A stretch of DNA of 64,000 nt. Origin: Candidatus Cloacimonadales bacterium (GTDB taxonomy: Bacteria; Cloacimonadota; Cloacimonadia; Cloacimonadales; JAFGVF01). How positions within the stretch are numbered: position 1 is the stretch's first letter; each line of letters opens with the position of its first letter. The stretch covers positions 608,001 through 672,000 of the forward strand of contig OY759729.1 in the NCBI GenBank assembly GCA_963662585.1. Reading direction: 5' to 3'. The notes under the pieces were generated by a model. The model searched no databases, was not told where the DNA came from, and was given only the letters and a program-made list of their open reading frames with translations. The translations under genes were made by a program, and so were the position numbers. This document shows positions 60,730-64,000 of this stretch, piece after piece.

Positions 60730-62118
60730 TTACCAGAATAACCTTAAAAAATTAATTTTGCAGTAGATATAAATATTACCCCAAAAACTGTTATTATTTA
60801 CATAGTATAACTCGTGAATTTCTTCTTCAGAGCTAAATCCTTGATTTAAACTTTCCCAATAGCTATAAACCCCTGGTTGATAGAAGGGCAAGTTAGTAAG
60901 TAACTCTTTATGTTTTCTTGTAATTGTGAATAATTTATTACCAACTAACAGTAATTTACCACTAAGAACGAAAAAAAGATATGGGTATTTATCTAAAGAA
61001 AGTTTTTTTATAAGTTTTATGAATGGATGTTTTCTCGCGTTATCTATACTAAACATTCTTCGACTTTTTTTATCTTTAGACAAATAATAGATTTGAGTTA
61101 AGTTATATTTTTTGTGAATTAAGAATAAAAAAGGTGAAATCAAAAGAAAAGGAATAGTCTGCAAGATAATTTGAATTAAAGCTAATAAAATATGAATTGT
61201 TCTCTGAACCCTACCAACTTTCTTTTCTTTATTGATAGCTGAAATTAGATAATCATCATCCATTATAATTACTTGACCAGTCTTTCCAGAAATTAACTTA
61301 TTATGATAAATTATTTTATTATCTATCTCCAGATCACTACCAACAAAAGAGTCACTATAAATAATGCTGTTAGAGATATTTGTGAGTTCTCCGATAATTA
61401 TATTATCACCAATGATACTATTTTTACCAATCCCGACCATCTCACCGATTCTGACATTGTTTCCTATCATGACTGGAGCATCAATTGTGACCGATTTAGG
61501 ATAGGATAAATTCATACCAAGATAAGTACGGGGTTCGGAACTATAGCCGGGTAAAACATAATGACAGCACTTGCTACTTAAAATATCCATAGATAGATTA
61601 AAGTAATCAGTGATATTTGATAGTTTATTAATAGCTAAGTATGGATTATCAATAAAGTCCTTAGTTTCTTCTATATCCTTGACAGATTTTCCCTTTTCTA
61701 AGATTTGCAGATATTTGCTTTTATTTGTTTTAAGATGATCAGTTATCTCTGCTTTGACCTCTAGAATAGCATTAATATCATATTCAAGAAAAAAATAATC
61801 CGAGATAATAAGAACATCATCATCTTTGCAGAAAGAGAAGTTTTTTAGTACTACTCTTTTGAGAGAATCTTCTGGTCTAGCTATATTATAACCAATATCT
61901 ACGCCCCATTTTTTCCCATCTTTGAAGTAATCACTAATTTCATTTGTAGCGTTATTACTAACAATTCTAATCTCACTAATCTGGAGAGTAGAGCAAAAGT
62001 CAATAAAATACTCTAAATGTGGTTTATTGACAATTTTTAACAAGTAAGGATTAGTTTTATGAAAATAATCCTCACTCCATAAAAGTCCTTCAATTCTGGT
62101 GTAAATTAGACATTTCAT
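60730..62118 (-). CDS. Fusion: degenerate NDP-sugar pyrophosphorylase, hexapeptide LbH, degenerate bacterial sugar transferase domain
   Basis: PYLLKIVNKP...YFKDGKKWGVDI; IGNNVRIG/IIGDNIIIG hexapeptides; TM segment then LDKYPYLFFVLSGKLLLVG...PGV. Confidence 0.78.
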   Translation of the reverse strand: MKCLIYTRIEGLLWSEDYFHKTNPYLLKIVNKPHLEYFIDFCSTLQISEIRIVSNNATNEISDYFKDGKKWGVDIGYNIARPEDSLKRVVLKNFSFCKDDDVLIISDYFFLEYDINAILEVKAEITDHLKTNKSKYLQILEKGKSVKDIEETKDFIDNPYLAINKLSNITDYFNLSMDILSSKCCHYVLPGYSSEPRTYLGMNLSYPKSVTIDAPVMIGNNVRIGEMVGIGKNSIIGDNIIIGELTNISNSIIYSDSFVGSDLEIDNKIIYHNKLISGKTGQVIIMDDDYLISAINKEKKVGRVQRTIHILLALIQIILQTIPFLLISPFLFLIHKKYNLTQIYYLSKDKKSRRMFSIDNARKHPFIKLIKKLSLDKYPYLFFVLSGKLLLVGNKLFTITRKHKELLTNLPFYQPGVYSYWESLNQGFSSEEEIHELYYVNNNSFWGNIYIYCKINFLRLFW

Positions 62119-62131
62119 TTAGACCTCGAAA

Positions 62132-62470
62132 TTAATCAGCCTCGTAGCTCATTACTGCAACATCGACATTATCAAAGATTTCGAAAATTTTATAAGCTCT
62201 TGTAATTTCAAATACCATGCGTGGTTTTTCTGACATTTCAGCCACTCTAATATCACCATCTTTTTCTGAAACAACTTTCAAACAAGCAACTATCGATCCT
62301 AATCCAGTACTATCCAAGAAATCTAAGTCACTTAAATCCAGGACAAAGTTAATAGTTTGCTCAGTATATTTAGTAAATTTTTCTTTAAACTCTGGTGAAT
62401 TGTAAGAATCCAACCTACCACTGACCTTCAACACTCCAACATTTTCTCTCATTTCAAAACTAATTTCCAT
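62132..62470 (-). CDS. STAS anti-sigma factor antagonist, canonical (SpoIIAA/RsbV/SypA-like)
   Basis: GRLD and DLSDLDFLDSTGLG with the phospho-acceptor Ser. Confidence 0.95.
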   Translation of the reverse strand: MEISFEMRENVGVLKVSGRLDSYNSPEFKEKFTKYTEQTINFVLDLSDLDFLDSTGLGSIVACLKVVSEKDGDIRVAEMSEKPRMVFEITRAYKIFEIFDNVDVAVMSYEAD

Positions 62471-62555
62471 TTTTCCCCCATTAAAGTTATATTATTATTC
62501 ACCCAACCGCTAAATACAGCGACAGGCCATCTATTTTAAGTTACATTATCTATAT

Positions 62556-62903
62556 TTAGTCAGTTTGATAGCTCATTACAGCACTATCGACATCATCAAA
62601 TATGTCGAAAATCTTATGGGCTCTAGTTATTTCACAAACCATCCTTACATTCTCGCTCAAATTAGAAAGTCTTATATCTCCGTCTTTGTCTGAAACATGT
62701 TTCAGGCAATTAAATATAGGTGTAAATAAATCTTCAAAGTTATCAAAATTTCCAAGATCAAAAACAAAATTAACTGTTTGCTCAGCATACCTAATAAATT
62801 CCTCTTTAAATTCAGAGAATTCATCAAATCTAATTCTTCCGCTTAATTTAACTACACATACACTTTTTCTAATTTCAAAACTAATTTCCATTTTGTTCTC
62901 CAA
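62556..62903 (-). CDS. STAS paralog lacking the phospho-acceptor Ser
   Basis: Collinear with 62132..62470; the motif reads DLGNFDNFEDLF. Confidence 0.88.
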   Translation of the reverse strand: MENKMEISFEIRKSVCVVKLSGRIRFDEFSEFKEEFIRYAEQTVNFVFDLGNFDNFEDLFTPIFNCLKHVSDKDGDIRLSNLSENVRMVCEITRAHKIFDIFDDVDSAVMSYQTD

Positions 62904-62960
62904 GCGAATTTTTTAGTCAGCACCTTTGCCACTAATTACTGCATGGACATTCATTATTAA
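62901..62960 (-). pseudogene. Duplicated 3' end of the sugar transferase gene
   Basis: Encodes LIMNVHAVISGKGAD* versus LLMTIPAVISGKGAY* at the end of 63333..64000; the DNA matches 63321-63380. Confidence 0.8.
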
Positions 62961-62977
62961 TCTTTTTCATATTAATA

Positions 62978-63313
62978 TTAGTCTTTCAAATAACTCTTTA
63001 TTGCTTCATCAACATCATCAAATATTTCGAAACTCTTGTAAACTCTGGTTATTTCCATGACCATACGAGCTTTTTCAGAAAGATTCGCAAGTCTTAGGTC
63101 TCCACCGCAATCAGATGCATATTTCAAACAAGCAACTAGGTTTCCCAAAATATCATCCATACATACTACTTCACCAAGATCAAAGACGAAGTTAACTGTT
63201 TTCTCAGTATATTTCTCAAAGCTTTTGTTAAAGTTAACCGAATTATAAAGAGAAAAAGTTCTTTTAATCTTTATAAGACCGACATTTTCTTTGATTTCAA
63301 AAGTATGTTCCAT
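62978..63313 (-). CDS. STAS paralog lacking the phospho-acceptor Ser
   Basis: Collinear with 62132..62470; the motif reads DLGEVVCMDDILG. Confidence 0.88.
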   Translation of the reverse strand: MEHTFEIKENVGLIKIKRTFSLYNSVNFNKSFEKYTEKTVNFVFDLGEVVCMDDILGNLVACLKYASDCGGDLRLANLSEKARMVMEITRVYKSFEIFDDVDEAIKSYLKD

Positions 63314-63332
63314 GGATAATCAAGCCTCTTTT

Positions 63333-64000
63333 TTAGTAAGCGCCTTTACCACTAATTACTGCTGGGATAGTCATAAGTAAGATTTTAACATCTTTCCAAA
63401 AACTACTTGATTTAATATACTGCATATCGAGTTGAACTTGTTCATCAAAAGGAATATCACTTCTTCCTTTAACTTGCCAAAGACAGGTGATACCTGGCAT
63501 TACATGCAGTCTTTTTCTGTCTAAAAGGGTATATTCAGCAACTTCACGAGGTAAAGGAGGTCTTGGACCCACCAAACTCATATCTGCTTTTAAAACATTG
63601 AAAAGTTGAGGAAGTTCATCAATACTGAATCTTCTGATGAATCTGCCTGTTCTAGTTACTCTTGGGTCTCGCTTCATTTTGAAAATGACTCCACCTTTAG
63701 ATTCATTTTGTTCTAATAGTTCATCTTTTATTTTATCGGCATTCATTACCATGGATCTAAATTTAATAAAGCCAAAATGTTTGCCATCTTTTCCTACTCG
63801 AGGAGCTATGTAAAATACTGGACCTGGATCTTCAATATAGATGCAAATCGCGGTAATAATAAATACTGGAGACAACAATAAAAGCAATATTAAAGAAGCA
63901 ACAATATCCAAGAATTTTTTAAATAGAATTACTGATTTAATAGTATAATCCCATAAGGCTATTTTAAATGAGATAGATGATTTACTCTTCTTTTGAGTCA
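63333..64000 (-). CDS. Priming sugar transferase (undecaprenyl-phosphate phosphoglycosyltransferase); frame open to the window edge
   Basis: KFRSM, DPRVT, SIDELPQLFNV and SLVGPRP motifs. The frame continues upstream of 63911 (TQKKSK...FKKFLD) with no stop. Confidence 0.95.
   Translation of the reverse strand, partial: TQKKSKSSISFKIALWDYTIKSVILFKKFLDIVASLILLLLLSPVFIITAICIYIEDPGPVFYIAPRVGKDGKHFGFIKFRSMVMNADKIKDELLEQNESKGGVIFKMKRDPRVTRTGRFIRRFSIDELPQLFNVLKADMSLVGPRPPLPREVAEYTLLDRKRLHVMPGITCLWQVKGRSDIPFDEQVQLDMQYIKSSSFWKDVKILLMTIPAVISGKGAY

Overview
This is a low-GC (roughly one-third GC), densely coding chromosomal window from an anaerobic diderm bacterium. It is most likely Cloacimonadota (FCB group), inferred from the FlgD-Ig/T9SS-like C-terminal sorting domain and the gene repertoire. 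Most of it is housekeeping or envelope genes: recJ-like, lpoB, pckA, rplU-rpmA, rng, sppA, birA, queA, coaBC, ligA-lptF-lptG-lysC-metG, spoIID-like, ribD, nadE and nifU. Four parts stand out. (1) At the left edge, an archaeal-type geranylgeranyl reductase sits next to a ferredoxin missing from the ORF track. (2) A plasticity zone at 24.1-33.2 kb holds a RAYT/IS200-like TnpA flanked by long inverted REP-like units, an orphan secretion-domain remnant, an apparently catalytically dead mini-DnaE (PHP plus degenerate palm), a pseudogenised second copy of it, and a DUF5320-NifX-NADH oxidase module between the two copies. (3) An AAA ATPase plus RloB pair resembles AbiL. (4) A syp-like exopolysaccharide locus from 49.6 kb to the right edge contains three tandem STAS proteins, two of which carry Asp in place of the phospho-acceptor Ser. 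It also contains uridine kinase, a Pol-beta-type nucleotidyltransferase and a degenerate NDP-sugar pyrophosphorylase/sugar-transferase fusion. Several intergenic regions hold clusters of GC-rich REP-like palindromes. No rRNA, tRNA or CRISPR array was recognised. All calls come from manual motif reading; no searches were run.
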